This document shows positions 43,519-54,262 of a stretch of DNA of 64,000 bases, piece by piece; position 1 is the first letter of the stretch; each line of letters starts with the position of its first letter. Made by a program: the position numbers and the translations under genes. Source of the DNA: Candidatus Bathyarchaeota archaeon (GTDB lineage: Archaea; Thermoproteota; Bathyarchaeia; Bathyarchaeales; Bathycorpusculaceae). Under the pieces are notes generated by a model. That model did not search any database and was not told where the DNA came from. It saw nothing but the letters and a program-made list of their open reading frames with translations. Location: contig CAVXXA010000006.1 in the NCBI GenBank assembly GCA_963765605.1, positions 27,495 through 91,494 on the forward strand, written 5' to 3'.

Positions 43519-45101
43519 CTAAAGCTTATTCCTAAACAAAGCAGCGTCCTGAATGTATTCTTTCCCAGTTCGCAGTGCCACTTCAGCCTTCGCCAACTCA
43601 GCCCCTAAATAAGCTGCATGGTCAAGCCGCGAAACCAAACCAAGTTCAACAATTTTCCCATATAATCCATCGGCGGTTTTTCCCTTGATTATTCTGTCAG
43701 GTTTCTCCATTTTCGCAGAAGCATAGTGCAACGCCACGATGCATCCGTTCACGCGGTCCAGCAAGATTGTGAATGAACCCTTCGGATCCAATTCCGCCAA
43801 ACATGGTTTTTCTGCTGCAATTACCTGAACGTTTTTTTCAAAAGCTTCATCGTATGGTTCTTCCCGGTTCCTTTTGTCTTTAAGTACCAAGCAGGTCTAC
43901 GCCGAGGTCTTTGGGCACTGAATTCCGTTTTTTGGCTAAAAACATCATTTTAGCCGCTGCAACTTCCTCTGCAACCGTGCCTTTTGCCTTGTCGCTTTTC
44001 TCCGTTGCCAACAGGATGCTTGCCCCAACTTCGGAGGATAAGCGTGCAAGCAAAGCGTTAACTCCAACGGAGTCCGCATCCATCAATTCAGTAACGTTTG
44101 AAACGCCAACAAACAACGGCACGTTCGGGTTTCTTTCGGCAAATTGGCGAAAAGCAATAAACGACTCCAAAACGTCGGAAGGCTCCAAAATCAAATCCGC
44201 CAGGCACTTTGATACGCCCAGCTTCTTTGCTTTCTCAAGGGTTTCCTCCATGAATTTGACGCGGTCCTCGGCTTTTTTTGGAAAATAGCCTTGGCTCTGA
44301 TTGGTCGGAATAACAACCACGGCTACATTTTTGACATAGGGCGCAATCGCTTCAATGTTTCCTGCATCTGCACTTAACACAAATTCTGCGCCAGCGTCCA
44401 CTGCCTCCTTTAATCTCGGCTGGGTCAAGCGTATCTATGCTCACAGGCACATCCACAACTTGCTTGACAAGCTTAACGATACGTTTTGCATCGGAAGGTC
44501 TGGATTCACCTGCAACCATGCCGACGTCGATTATGTGGGCGCCAGCGTTGACGAAGTTTTTTGCTAACCTCTGAATTGTTTCCTTAGCCAATAAGGGTGC
44601 ATCAACAATTTCAGCCAAAATGCGCATGGGAAACTCTTTGCCGACCGCCAAGTTTCCAATCAGCATGCTGCCAGGCTTCTTAAGCAGCGCCTCGCGGTTT
44701 TGCTCAATTTTCTCAATTTCCTCCAAGGCTTTTTTCTGGAGCTTCTCCCGCATCAGATCGCAGGCGGGCACAACTGTTGAAAGCTTGACTTCACCGAGCG
44801 AATCCAGCACTGTCGGCAAGTCGGCGGCGTATCTTGGACCTTTAAATGTCTGGACACCGAACGCTTTTGTAATTATTGTTGTGTCTCCTCGGACGAGGCC
44901 CGGCACCAAAATCAAGTCAAAACCCCTTAGGTTCATGTTTTCTATGGCTTTAGCGATGGTTTCGGGTGTTAGTAGGGCAGCAACTGGAATCTTGAGCGCA
45001 ACGGTTTCAGTCTTTACGTTGCTTTCTTTGGCGTAGCGTTTAACTGTGTCCTCTGCCAGTGCGCCTGTGATCAGCAGAACCTTGCTGGGTTTAGTTGCCA
45101 A
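43519..45101 (-). CDS. Dihydropteroate synthase-like protein (methanopterin pathway, DUF4346 C-term), split in three ORFs
   Basis: LLITGALAE, GPRYAADLP, ILAEIVDAP, GAHIIDVG, SIDT, NVTELMDADSVG, LDPKGSF, SRLDHAAYLGAEL. Confidence 0.88.
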
Positions 45102-46069
45102 TTTTTACGGTTGCTCCCTTATTGTTTGCTTTGGCAATGAAGGCTTGTCCCCCGACGCCTTTGTTCAGGTAGGCTATGACTTTATGAAGCGCCTCTTTAG
45201 CTTCTTCCTGCTTGACAACGCCGTAGAGGGCTGGTCCCCAAGAGCTCTGTCCAACGCCGAAGGCGCCCATTTCCTTCATGAACTCTATGGTGTCGGCGAC
45301 GTCAGCTCGGGTGAATTTTCCGCCCTGAACCTGCGCAAAGTACCCGCCGATTACTTCTTGAATGCTGGTTAAGGCTTCGCCGAAACTTTTGATGTCACGC
45401 TCAGAGAGGGCTGGAAGCAGCTTGAGCATGGTTAAGCGGCATATTTTTCCAACCTCTTCGGCGCTCATTTTTTGCAGTTTGTCGAAGGCATGGTTTTCTT
45501 CTGAATTAGAGAGACCTTCAACGAGGTTCGGAATCGCAACAATGAACTGCCATTCAGCGGGGAAAAGGTTGGCGGTAGATCAGCGGCGGAAACTTGGCAG
45601 GTACACCGGGGCTTGGGATGGCTCTTCCTCCGTCAACTACAAATCCGCCTTTTTCAAAAATCGCGGTGCCGACGCCTGTCCTTCTGGCTCTGCCCATGGC
45701 AACTGTTAGTTCCTGAATTGAAGCTTTCACGTTGAACAGTCGTGCAAGAGCTGTGGCGATGGCTAGGGACAACTGTGTTCCGGAGCTTAAGCCGACATGC
45801 GCTGGAATTACCGCTTTAACGTCTATGTGAACATGGGGTTGAGCTGGGTAAGCGTTGAAGAACCGTTTTGCCAGAGCAGCTACAAGTTCAGCTTCGTGGC
45901 CTGTAACCGAAAAGTCTGCTGACGATTGGGCTTCAATTATGACGTTGGGGTGGTCTATTCCTACGCCTAAGCCGCCGAACATTCGACCTAAATCCCCGTT
46001 CAAATCTATTAATCCGAGGTGCAGCCGAGAGGGAGTTTTAACGTAAACCTTCACTTTATGGTCCTCCAT
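45091..46069 (-). CDS. mptG: Beta-ribofuranosylaminobenzene 5'-phosphate synthase (GHMP fold), frameshifted
   Basis: TPSRLHLGLIDL, HVGLSSGTQL, GGFVVDGG, GQSSWGP. Confidence 0.88.
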
Positions 46070-46704
46070 GAATTGATTCGCTTCATTAAATCAGCCATGA
46101 CCATAGAGTAAGTTGAGTCAGGAGCCACTCGATTGACCACATCGTTACAGTTGTCAATGAGCCCCAGCATTTTGTTAACTTGCTTTCTCTCTTTTGCGTC
46201 TGTTGCAAAAGCTTTAACGCGGGTGGCATATATGATGGCTTCAATTGTTGCGGCTATTGCGCGGCAGTGCACTTGAGGGTACTTTTTTGGCGCCTCCAAA
46301 AGTGTGACGCTTAACGTGACTTTGGTTTTTTCCTCGCCCAGAGACACCATGTCATTTAGCAAAACATCGATTGTTGCGTCTGCAAAACGCAGTTTCGGCG
46401 CGTTAACGGAGCCTGCTTTTTCGAACCATTCCAGCGGCAGTTTGCCGTTGGGGTTTGCTTCTTTGAAGGCTGTTTTGTAGTAAACCTCAACGTTGCCTGT
46501 TAAGTTTACGACTGCACATCTGGTCGCTTTAATGTTTCCAAAGGTTTGTGACAAATTGAAAAAGTTAATGGTGAGGTGCTGCTCATCCTGCATGACTGCA
46601 CCCATTGGCGCCGCGTTAGGTTTTCCATCGCCGTTGTAGGTGGAGACTATGGTCTCTTCAATTGTGCCTTTCGAGAAGCCTAAATCAGTTAACTTAGCCG
46701 TCAA
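46051..46704 (-). CDS. DUF447 family protein
   Basis: ETIVST...PNAAPMG, SQTFGNI, RAIAATIEAIIYATR. Confidence 0.85.
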   Translation of the reverse strand: MTAKLTDLGFSKGTIEETIVSTYNGDGKPNAAPMGAVMQDEQHLTINFFNLSQTFGNIKATRCAVVNLTGNVEVYYKTAFKEANPNGKLPLEWFEKAGSVNAPKLRFADATIDVLLNDMVSLGEEKTKVTLSVTLLEAPKKYPQVHCRAIAATIEAIIYATRVKAFATDAKERKQVNKMLGLIDNCNDVVNRVAPDSTYSMVMADLMKRINSWRTIK

Positions 46705-46939
46705 ACTAACCCAACCGCATAGGAGTAAGTATTTTGTTTCAACCGAATGTAAAATTTCACAGTGGGATAATAAAGTTTTGCCAACACGATACTAAGTTAA
46801 GGTATCTAACGCTCAATCTATCGGTGTTGATGCATTAAATTGCTTCTGTGAATGCCTTCATTGATGCGTACAAAACCTTTTTTTCTCGATCTTGCCTAAA
46901 GGGGGTTGTCTGCTTCGGGTCGGAAGGCTGGGTGTGAAC

Positions 46940-47569
46940 ATGACGAATGAACTGATTTTCAGAGCCATCTTCTCAACCCTGTGGATTATTTTCGTAATTG
47001 GTTTAGCATTGGTAAGGTACTCAACGAGAGAGAATAGAAGCAAACAGCCGAGTGACCAGACGGTTCGGCATGAAAAACGGCTTTACATCGTAACTCGCGC
47101 CTTGCTTGCTCCATTCTGGTGGGTGGGTATAATTCTCTTCCTTGTATTTCCCGGTTGGATAATGTTTCTCTCGATTCCGATGCCTGATTGGTTCAGGTTA
47201 ATCATGGTCAGCATAAGCGCTCTGAGCATTTTATTGACGCTGTGGGGTTGGCGGACGCTTGGTAAGAACTGGGTTCACTGCCTAGACCCATCGGAGTTCC
47301 AACGTAGAAAGGCGACGACGCTCGTGACGAGTGGGCCATACCATTATGTTAGACATCCGATGTACTTGGGAGCCTTCACCTTCCTAATAGCTCAAGCTCT
47401 TGTGGCAGCCAATTGGCTCATCCTTTTGCCTGCACTCGCCACAATCGTGTTATTTTACGTGCAGACAGGTAAGGAGGAAGCAATGCTGATTGATAGATTC
47501 GGCCACGAATATCGTGAATATATGAAACGAACCCCACGATTCATTCCGAAGTTTAGACATGACAGATGA
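46940..47569 (+). CDS. Isoprenylcysteine carboxyl methyltransferase (ICMT/PEMT) family
   Basis: TLGKNW, LVTSGPYHYVRHPMY, EEAMLIDRFG.EY.EY. Confidence 0.9.
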   Translation: MTNELIFRAIFSTLWIIFVIGLALVRYSTRENRSKQPSDQTVRHEKRLYIVTRALLAPFWWVGIILFLVFPGWIMFLSIPMPDWFRLIMVSISALSILLTLWGWRTLGKNWVHCLDPSEFQRRKATTLVTSGPYHYVRHPMYLGAFTFLIAQALVAANWLILLPALATIVLFYVQTGKEEAMLIDRFGHEYREYMKRTPRFIPKFRHDR

Positions 47570-47662
47570 GCTCCAACGTTTACTTCATGAAAATGCGTGA
47601 TTTTACAGGTAGACATTTAATCTCATACTGCAAAATAAGCAAGACAAAATATCACTGCAAAA

Positions 47663-48178
47663 GTGCAAACCATCTTGCATAAACTGATTCTAATTCCAGC
47701 AATCGTAAGCTCATCGAGAATTGCAGTTCTAACTCCCTTTCTTTACTTCTACAGCGCAGGAAACATAGCTGCATGCTTAATCTTGCTTGCTTTTTCAGCT
47801 GTCACAGACTTTTTTGACGGCTACTTAGCAAGAAAACTCAGGGCAACCTCAAGGTTTGGCGCCTACTACGATGCCGGCACTGACTTTGTTCTTGTGGCGG
47901 GCATATTTGCGTTTTTCACCGCCAAAGGATTCTATCCTGCGTGGCTACTGCTTGTTATAGCGTTATCGTTTGTTCAATTCTTAGCCACAAGCCGCTACGC
48001 CAAAAAAATCTATGACCCAGTGGGAAAATACACTGGAAGCGCCCTGTACATAGGCATAGTGTTAACATTGATTTTTCCAGTGCAAGCAACATTTAACTTC
48101 GTTGAGTTTGCTTTCCTGGGATTTTTCTTACTTTCGCTTGCAAGCCGCATCATAAGCTTAGCTAAAAACCGCAGTTAG
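47663..48178 (+). CDS. CDP-alcohol phosphatidyltransferase family
   Basis: TDFFDGYLAR....SRFGAYYDAGTD. Confidence 0.9.
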   Translation: MQTILHKLILIPAIVSSSRIAVLTPFLYFYSAGNIAACLILLAFSAVTDFFDGYLARKLRATSRFGAYYDAGTDFVLVAGIFAFFTAKGFYPAWLLLVIALSFVQFLATSRYAKKIYDPVGKYTGSALYIGIVLTLIFPVQATFNFVEFAFLGFFLLSLASRIISLAKNRS

Positions 48179-48223
48179 ACAGCCTAAACTAATATACCGT
48201 TTTCCCCATTATGCTAACGTTAA

Positions 48224-49258
48224 TTGGGTGCAGCCTTGCCAGAGAAAACAGGCCAAAAGCAAACCAATTTGCCGCAGCAGATTCGGGTTTCATTAGGCAC
48301 CGCCATCGTTCTCGGGCTGTTAACTGGCAAGTTGGATGCTGAGCCTACAACCGCGTACTTGATGACTTACAAAGAAGGCAAGTGCATGGCTAACTGCGGG
48401 TTCTGCCCCCAAGCCCGAGCCAGCAAAAGCAACACCGCGCTTCTGGCTAGGGTTTCGTGGCCAACTTTTCCGACCGCAAGCGTTATGACATCACTCGGCA
48501 CCGCGGCTAAGCAACGGAAAATTAGGCGCGTCTGCATCCAAGCCATAAATTACCCCAGCGTTTTTGGGCATCTCCAAGCTCTTGTGAAGGAAATAAAGAA
48601 GCAAGTCGCTGTTCCCGTTTCAGTTTCTTGCCAACCGCTTAACGCCTCCAATATTGAGTTGCTGGCAAAAGCAGGCGTTGACAGGCTGGGAATAGCATTG
48701 GATGCGGCGACCGAAGCCTTATTCGAAAAAGTTAAGGGTAAAGGCGCAGGCAGCATTTACAATTGGGAAAACCAGTTCAACCTGCTGAGCGAGGCAATTG
48801 CGGTTTTTGGAGAAGGAAACGTTAGCACTCACCTGATAGTCGGGTTAGGCGAAACGGAGAAAGAAGCAGCCCAGTTAATTCAGAAATGCGTAGACATGGG
48901 TGTTTTGCCGGCTCTTTTCGCTTTCACGCCTATTCGAGGCACAAAAATGGAAAATAATTCTCCGCCGCCGCTTGAATCGTACAGGCGAGTGCAGCTTACG
49001 AGGTACTTGATGGTTAATGGTTTAGTGCGGTTTGAAGATCTGCGTTTTGATGATGACGGCAAAATCACAAGTTTCGGCGTGGCAACCCAAGAGTTGAAGC
49101 GGATAATTGAAGATGGAACTGCTTTTCTCACCTCAGGCTGTCCAGATTGCAACCGACCATTTTATAATGAAAAACCAAGCGGGCCAATCTACAATTACCC
49201 AAGAAAAATAAGCCGCGAAGAGATGGAGAAAATAGAAAAGCAACTGAAACTCTGTTAA
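48224..49258 (+). CDS. Radical SAM protein, archaeal lipoyl synthase LipS2-like
   Basis: CMANCGFC plus C-terminal TSGCPDCNRP motif; HLIVGLGETE. Confidence 0.75.
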   Translation: MGAALPEKTGQKQTNLPQQIRVSLGTAIVLGLLTGKLDAEPTTAYLMTYKEGKCMANCGFCPQARASKSNTALLARVSWPTFPTASVMTSLGTAAKQRKIRRVCIQAINYPSVFGHLQALVKEIKKQVAVPVSVSCQPLNASNIELLAKAGVDRLGIALDAATEALFEKVKGKGAGSIYNWENQFNLLSEAIAVFGEGNVSTHLIVGLGETEKEAAQLIQKCVDMGVLPALFAFTPIRGTKMENNSPPPLESYRRVQLTRYLMVNGLVRFEDLRFDDDGKITSFGVATQELKRIIEDGTAFLTSGCPDCNRPFYNEKPSGPIYNYPRKISREEMEKIEKQLKLC

Positions 49259-50602
49259 GTTAGCAGTTGATCAGCTGTTTGCTGGGAGTGCTGTTTGTCC
49301 TTGGGCAATTTGGGTTTTTGCCGTGTTACCTGTTCAACTAAACGCCAGAACTCCTCCATAGTGTAGCCCTTAAGTAGCTCCTTCATGAGTTTTTTCACTT
49401 GGTAGTAAATCATTTGGGCTTCGCCTTTGTCTAAACTTTCCTGCGGACCCTTAATGCGCCTGAAAAGCTCATCCATCTGCCTTGGAGAAGCTCTGATTCC
49501 CGCTTTCTCCAAAAGTTTCTGGATGAGGGTTTGCCCAGTGTTTCTGCCGACGAAAATCGTTGTTTCTCTGCCTACGATTTCAGGTGGGAAAGGCTCGAAA
49601 ACCAAGGGGTGAGCCATCATTTCCTCGACGTCCTCTTCTACTTCATGGGTGAAAATGTTTTCGCCAATTATGGGTTTGTGAAATTGAATGGGCAGGGCGA
49701 ACGCTTTTTCGGCGGATTGGGCGATGCGGTAGATTTTTCCTAAATCAACGCCTGTGTCAATATTGTAGAGAAGCTCCAATGCGGTGTACAACTTCTTCAA
49801 AGGGGGCGATGCCAGCGCGTTCTCCAAAGCCAGCGATGCATGTTTGCACGTACGACACGCCTTCTTCCACCGCGGCCAAGGTGTTTGCAGTTGCCAAGCC
49901 GAAATCGTTGTGGCAGTGAATTGAAAGCGCCACTTTTTTCTTCACTGAATCAGGTAAACCATCTCGAACATGGGACATCAAGTAACGCATGGAAAGCGGT
50001 CTTATGAACCCGACGCTGTCAGCTATCGCCAGCCTTTTTGCCCCAGCGGTGGCTGCCACTTCAAAAATTTGTAAAATATCTTCCAGCGGAGTTCTGGTGC
50101 CGTCCATGAGAACGAAGTTTACGGTTGCCCCACGCTTTTTTGCGTAGTCAATGCTTTCAACTATTCTTTGTTGGGCTTGCTCCTTAGTTAATTTCAGTTT
50201 TGACTCCAGATTTAATCCATTAAAAGGCGATTCGATAGTTACCTCTTTTATACCGCATTCTAAGCAGGCCCCTACACTGTTTTTGGTTGCTTCCGCCGAA
50301 GCCGTAAGCTTCACGTTTGAGAAGCTTTCGTTTACGATTCGTTTAATATTGCGTTTTTCATCTTCAGACAAAGCTGGGAAACCCACATCTATCTCAGCGA
50401 CGCCTGCTTCATCCATTAACTTTGCCAGCCTAACTTGCTCAACGTAAGTTAAATAAACGGTGGGCGCTTTGATGCCTTCCCTAAATGTTTGATCTGAAAT
50501 GAAAACGCGGTCTGGAAGTTTAGGAGGCAAATTCTTCCTTAAACGATTATAATTCGCAATTAACCCTTGCGCTTCAAGTTTTTTAAATATCGTCTTTCTC
50601 AT
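49255..50602 (-). CDS. Homocitrate/isopropylmalate/citramalate synthase family (frameshift ~49790)
   Basis: DQTFREG, HCHNDFGLATAN, GFGERAG, KPIIGENIFTHE. Confidence 0.85.
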
Positions 50603-50839
50603 TGAGACTCCAGTCCAACAACATGAAAGATAAGCAGTATGTTTAATTTGCAAATTCATATATAAAAGCTACATTTTTCAAAAGCCACAGCCGTGTTTAA
50701 AATTAATAAAAAAGAGTTTTCACTTATCTTTTTGACCGCTTTTTGCAAGATTCAAAGTTCTGCTCTCTTCAAGCAAAGTTTAATGCAAAAGTTTTAAGAG
50801 CAAAAAAAGAAATGTATTAGCCGCCGAGGGCAAAACGAA

Positions 50840-51052
50840 ATGAGCAGCTTAAAAGAAACCATAGAAAAAATAAAAGATTTAGAAGCAGAGAAGAAAAACC
50901 TTTTACTTGAAATTGAAGAACTTAAAAAAATGGCTGATGCAAAAGTTGTTGCTTTAGAAAGTGAAGTTGCCGCGTTGCGTGAGGAGGCTAAATCGCTGAA
51001 AATTCTGGTGGGGCAAGAACAACCCGGCGTAGGCCAGCTTAAGGTGGGTTAA
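50840..51052 (+). CDS. Small coiled-coil protein
   Basis: 70 aa heptad-rich ORF with a GAGG RBS. Confidence 0.7.
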   Translation: MSSLKETIEKIKDLEAEKKNLLLEIEELKKMADAKVVALESEVAALREEAKSLKILVGQEQPGVGQLKVG

Positions 51053-51068
51053 GCGCCCAGTTTTTATG

Positions 51069-51935
51069 TTATTCGGGCTGCTGAGGTTGAGGCGGTTGAG
51101 GAGTTCTTTGAAAAAGGGCGTTTATGGCGTTACCCAACGCTTTGCATGCTGTTTGCCTCGCTTCTATTGATGTGTCAGTTTCGAGCCTTTCAAGTTCTTT
51201 ATGTAAACTTTCGATTTTATCGGTGATTTCTTGTTTTTTCTTCTCGTAGTTGTCGTGGAGTTTCTCTTGGTCAGCGGTGAAGGTTTGCAGTGTAACTTCT
51301 AACTCGTTCTTTGTAGATTTTAGTTCTTGTTTTGTTGTGGCAAGTTTTTCTGCTGCCCGCCTTCGAGCCCTCACTTTGTAAAAGCTTATCTTAATCTCTT
51401 CTTGACCTGCCACGTCATCTTCTAACTCGCGAATTTTAGTGCTTAAACGCTGAACATCCGCATTTCGTCTGAAGCTTAGTTCTCTCGTTTTTTCAGCATA
51501 TTCCTTGTCGGTTTCCACCAGGAGATGGTTATTGTCAGCTAATTCCTTTGCTTCGCCTGTGAGGTTTGTTTCTTGAAGCCTTTTTTCGGCAAGTGCACCT
51601 TCAACGTCTAGGAAAATCTGGGTGCGCTCTTTAACAAATTGCTCGTCAACTGTTATGGCAGGGTTTGACTCGAATTCTGAAACCATTTGCCGCAGATTAA
51701 TCAGCCAATCATCGTAATACTGGCTGAAAGGTGAAAGAGCAAAAATTTGGTTGCCGAACCGCTCCAAGCTTCCGAGAGTTTTTTCAACAACTTCTTTAGC
51801 GGAAACCTCTGTTTCTTCTTCCATGTACCTGCCGGCAGCCCGCTGCTTTTTTTCTTTTGCCTTCTTTTCGTGTGAAGACTTCGAGAATTGCCTAGCAGCA
51901 CCTCGTCGTGAACCAGTTTGAGTTCTAAAGCTCAT
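51069..51935 (-). CDS. Coiled-coil hypothetical protein
   Basis: 288 aa, E/K-rich, GNQIFALSPFSQYYDDWL. Confidence 0.75.
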   Translation of the reverse strand: MSFRTQTGSRRGAARQFSKSSHEKKAKEKKQRAAGRYMEEETEVSAKEVVEKTLGSLERFGNQIFALSPFSQYYDDWLINLRQMVSEFESNPAITVDEQFVKERTQIFLDVEGALAEKRLQETNLTGEAKELADNNHLLVETDKEYAEKTRELSFRRNADVQRLSTKIRELEDDVAGQEEIKISFYKVRARRRAAEKLATTKQELKSTKNELEVTLQTFTADQEKLHDNYEKKKQEITDKIESLHKELERLETDTSIEARQTACKALGNAINALFQRTPQPPQPQQPE

Positions 51936-52008
51936 AACAATTCACAGTGCACAAGAAATATTTAAACAATGATGCGCTTCTCGAGAAGACTGTGGGTCAT
52001 GGCAAATT

Positions 52009-53097
52009 TCAGCGCTTCACTTGTTTTTTGGCTTTTTTCACTTCTTTAATCGTTTTAGATTTTTTCACTTGTTTAACAGTCTTAGGAGGTGCCCGTTTTC
52101 TTAATGCCAAAATGGCTCCGGCTACTGCGGCAATGACAACCACAATGACTATTGCGTAGATTGTCGTTGTGTTGGAGGCATTATTTGAGTGCGAGCCAGC
52201 GTTTACAGGGGTTGATGAAGTTGTTGGCGAGCTTGTAGTGCCCTCAGATGGAGAATTTGTCGGGGCTGCAGTTGGAGAATTTGTAGTGCTTGATGATGAG
52301 GAGCTTCCGCTGTTTGGATTTGGAGTAATTATAGGTGTATTTCCTTGAAGAACGGGACCTTGCGTCTGAACCAGTAAATAATAGCTTGTGACTGTATTGG
52401 CTGTAGATGCCCCTGTCTCATTTAAGTCAAATGCAGCAACTTGGAAGTTGAGCGTTTTAGAAGGGTCTAAAGAAGCGGGAGTTAGCCAATCTGTGTATCC
52501 TACCGCGATTACGGTGCCTGAAGAATTATAAAAGCTTGCAACCACCGTTAGGTTTGTTGCTGTTTGAGTGCCTGTATTTTCAATTTTGCCGTTGACCAAG
52601 TATGCACCTCTTAGGTCTCCGCTGGTGCCTATTGTATGAGAATTGCTTGTGATTGTTAAGTCTGGGTATTGGTAGCTGGTCGTCGCATTTGCCGTAGCAA
52701 CAGAGAGGCTAACACTGCCGATTTGAGATGGATCCCAAGCTTGAGTTCCCGTTCCTGTTCCAGTTATGTCTTGGGAGCTGCTTGGCGGAGGGAACGGCAT
52801 GGAAAAGGGCGCTTTCTGCTGTGGGGCTAAATATGCCACATAAACTTGACAGTAAGAATCTGATAGGTCAGTTTGGTCTGGAGAATAGACTGAACCTACC
52901 AAAATAACTGGGTTGATTGTGTTAGGCCCCACATTTTGGACTTCACCGACTACCTCGAGAAAACCTGTTGAATCAACATACCAGCTGTAAGTTAGGATCT
53001 TGATATTTTGTGTTTGACTGTGAACGCTGGGCACTGATACCAACCCTATGGACAGTAATGTCAACACAACAACAAAGTAAACTATACTTTTTCTCAC
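52009..53097 (-). CDS. Membrane-anchored surface protein with two FxLYD-like Ig domains
   Basis: Signal peptide, VVGEVQNVG and VNGKIENTG..FYNSSG, S/T linker, C-term TM plus basic tail. Confidence 0.8.
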   Translation of the reverse strand: MRKSIVYFVVVLTLLSIGLVSVPSVHSQTQNIKILTYSWYVDSTGFLEVVGEVQNVGPNTINPVILVGSVYSPDQTDLSDSYCQVYVAYLAPQQKAPFSMPFPPPSSSQDITGTGTGTQAWDPSQIGSVSLSVATANATTSYQYPDLTITSNSHTIGTSGDLRGAYLVNGKIENTGTQTATNLTVVASFYNSSGTVIAVGYTDWLTPASLDPSKTLNFQVAAFDLNETGASTANTVTSYYLLVQTQGPVLQGNTPIITPNPNSGSSSSSSTTNSPTAAPTNSPSEGTTSSPTTSSTPVNAGSHSNNASNTTTIYAIVIVVVIAAVAGAILALRKRAPPKTVKQVKKSKTIKEVKKAKKQVKR

Positions 53098-53373
53098 GAA
53101 ACTCTTCCCCTCATCGTATAAATCCCAACAATACTACAGGGTACTATAAAATACTTTTTCAAAATTACACCTAAATGCCAAAAATTGTTTTTGCCCAAGA
53201 TCTTTAAAACAGCATGGCATTTGGCTGAAAATTCAAACTATAGAACAAAGAGAAGAAGCCAGCAGGATCTGGCAGAAAATACTGATTTTACTTGTCCTAA
53301 GGCATCAAGCGGTAGCGGGGAAGCATAATAGTTAAATCTAAAAGGGCAGATATGATGTTCACAAGGGAATCTT

Positions 53374-53878
53374 ATGATTGAAAAGTTACATCCCTATGTA
53401 GTATTTCTGCCAACCGAAAAAAAAGATAAGATACTAAGCGCCATATTTGGGTCAAAAGCCGGCGTTGACCTATTAAGGTTCTCTCTTAAACAAGGGATAT
53501 GCAAAAAGCATCTACCAAAAAGACCTCGTTAAAAAACTAAACTACTCAAACAAAACAATAATCGAAAACCTAAAAGCCTTAACCACACTGGGCGTTCTGA
53601 ACGAAAGCATGGAGAAAAATGAGAAAGAAGGAAGAATCATCTGGATAAAAACCTACCAGCTAACAAACCTCGGCAAATGGTTTGCCCTATTGCTGGCGGA
53701 AGAAAAAGAACTTTCGGAAGAAGAAAAAGCCGAAATTCTCCAAAGCCTCTTCCGCACCTACGTCAAACAGGTAAAACGGTTGGCAGACGAAATCGGCATA
53801 AACAAAAAAATGCTCGAAGAAACCTTCCGCGAAGAAATGAAAGAAAACTCCAAAGAACCCAATTTAGCAGCTTCTTAA
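53374..53878 (+). CDS. Winged-helix regulator (frameshift ~53508)
   Basis: MIEKLHPYVV... joins IYQKDLVKKLNYSNKTIIENLKAL and ORF 53609-53878 (YQLTNLG). Confidence 0.7.
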
Positions 53879-53895
53879 AAATCGCTAAAAAAAAA

Positions 53896-54169
53896 GTTTT
53901 ATTGGGTTGTGGGGTTTGGAGATATCTTTGGTTTTGGTGCTAGATTTTTAAGTTGCGACTTTTGGTTTTTGGAAAGTTGATACTTTCAGCCTTGGATCTG
54001 TGTTTTGGGTTGTTTTTTGGTTTGGGGCTTAAGCTTTCGGGTTGCGACTTTTGGGAAGGGCTGAAAACAATTTTTGGGGCGTTTGACGGCAGTTATTTTC
54101 GGCGCTTAGTTAACTATTTGATTTGATTCGACTTGAAGGGGTTTTATTGGGTTGTGGGGTTTGGAGATA
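53896..54169. repeat. Perfect 29-bp direct repeat pair (53896-53924, 54141-54169) enclosing a 14-bp repeat pair
   Basis: GTTTTATTGGGTTGTGGGGTTTGGAGATA twice; GTTGCGACTTTTGG at 53952 and 54041. Confidence 0.9.
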
Positions 54170-54262
54170 ATTGAGGGGGGAGAAGGGAGAGCGTAAAAAA
54201 TTAATTGAGTCTCCAAACCTTTCCACCCAACCCGTTTTTTGTCTTGTTTTTGCCTCCCGTAA

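Noticed and set aside
53896-54169. 29-bp repeat pair as a CRISPR mini-array
   Set aside because: Only two copies, a 216-bp gap and no cas genes.
54106-54262. Extended C-terminal tail on CdvC in the ORF track
   Set aside because: Likely a missing base at FKAL-stop causing read-through into the repeat spacer.
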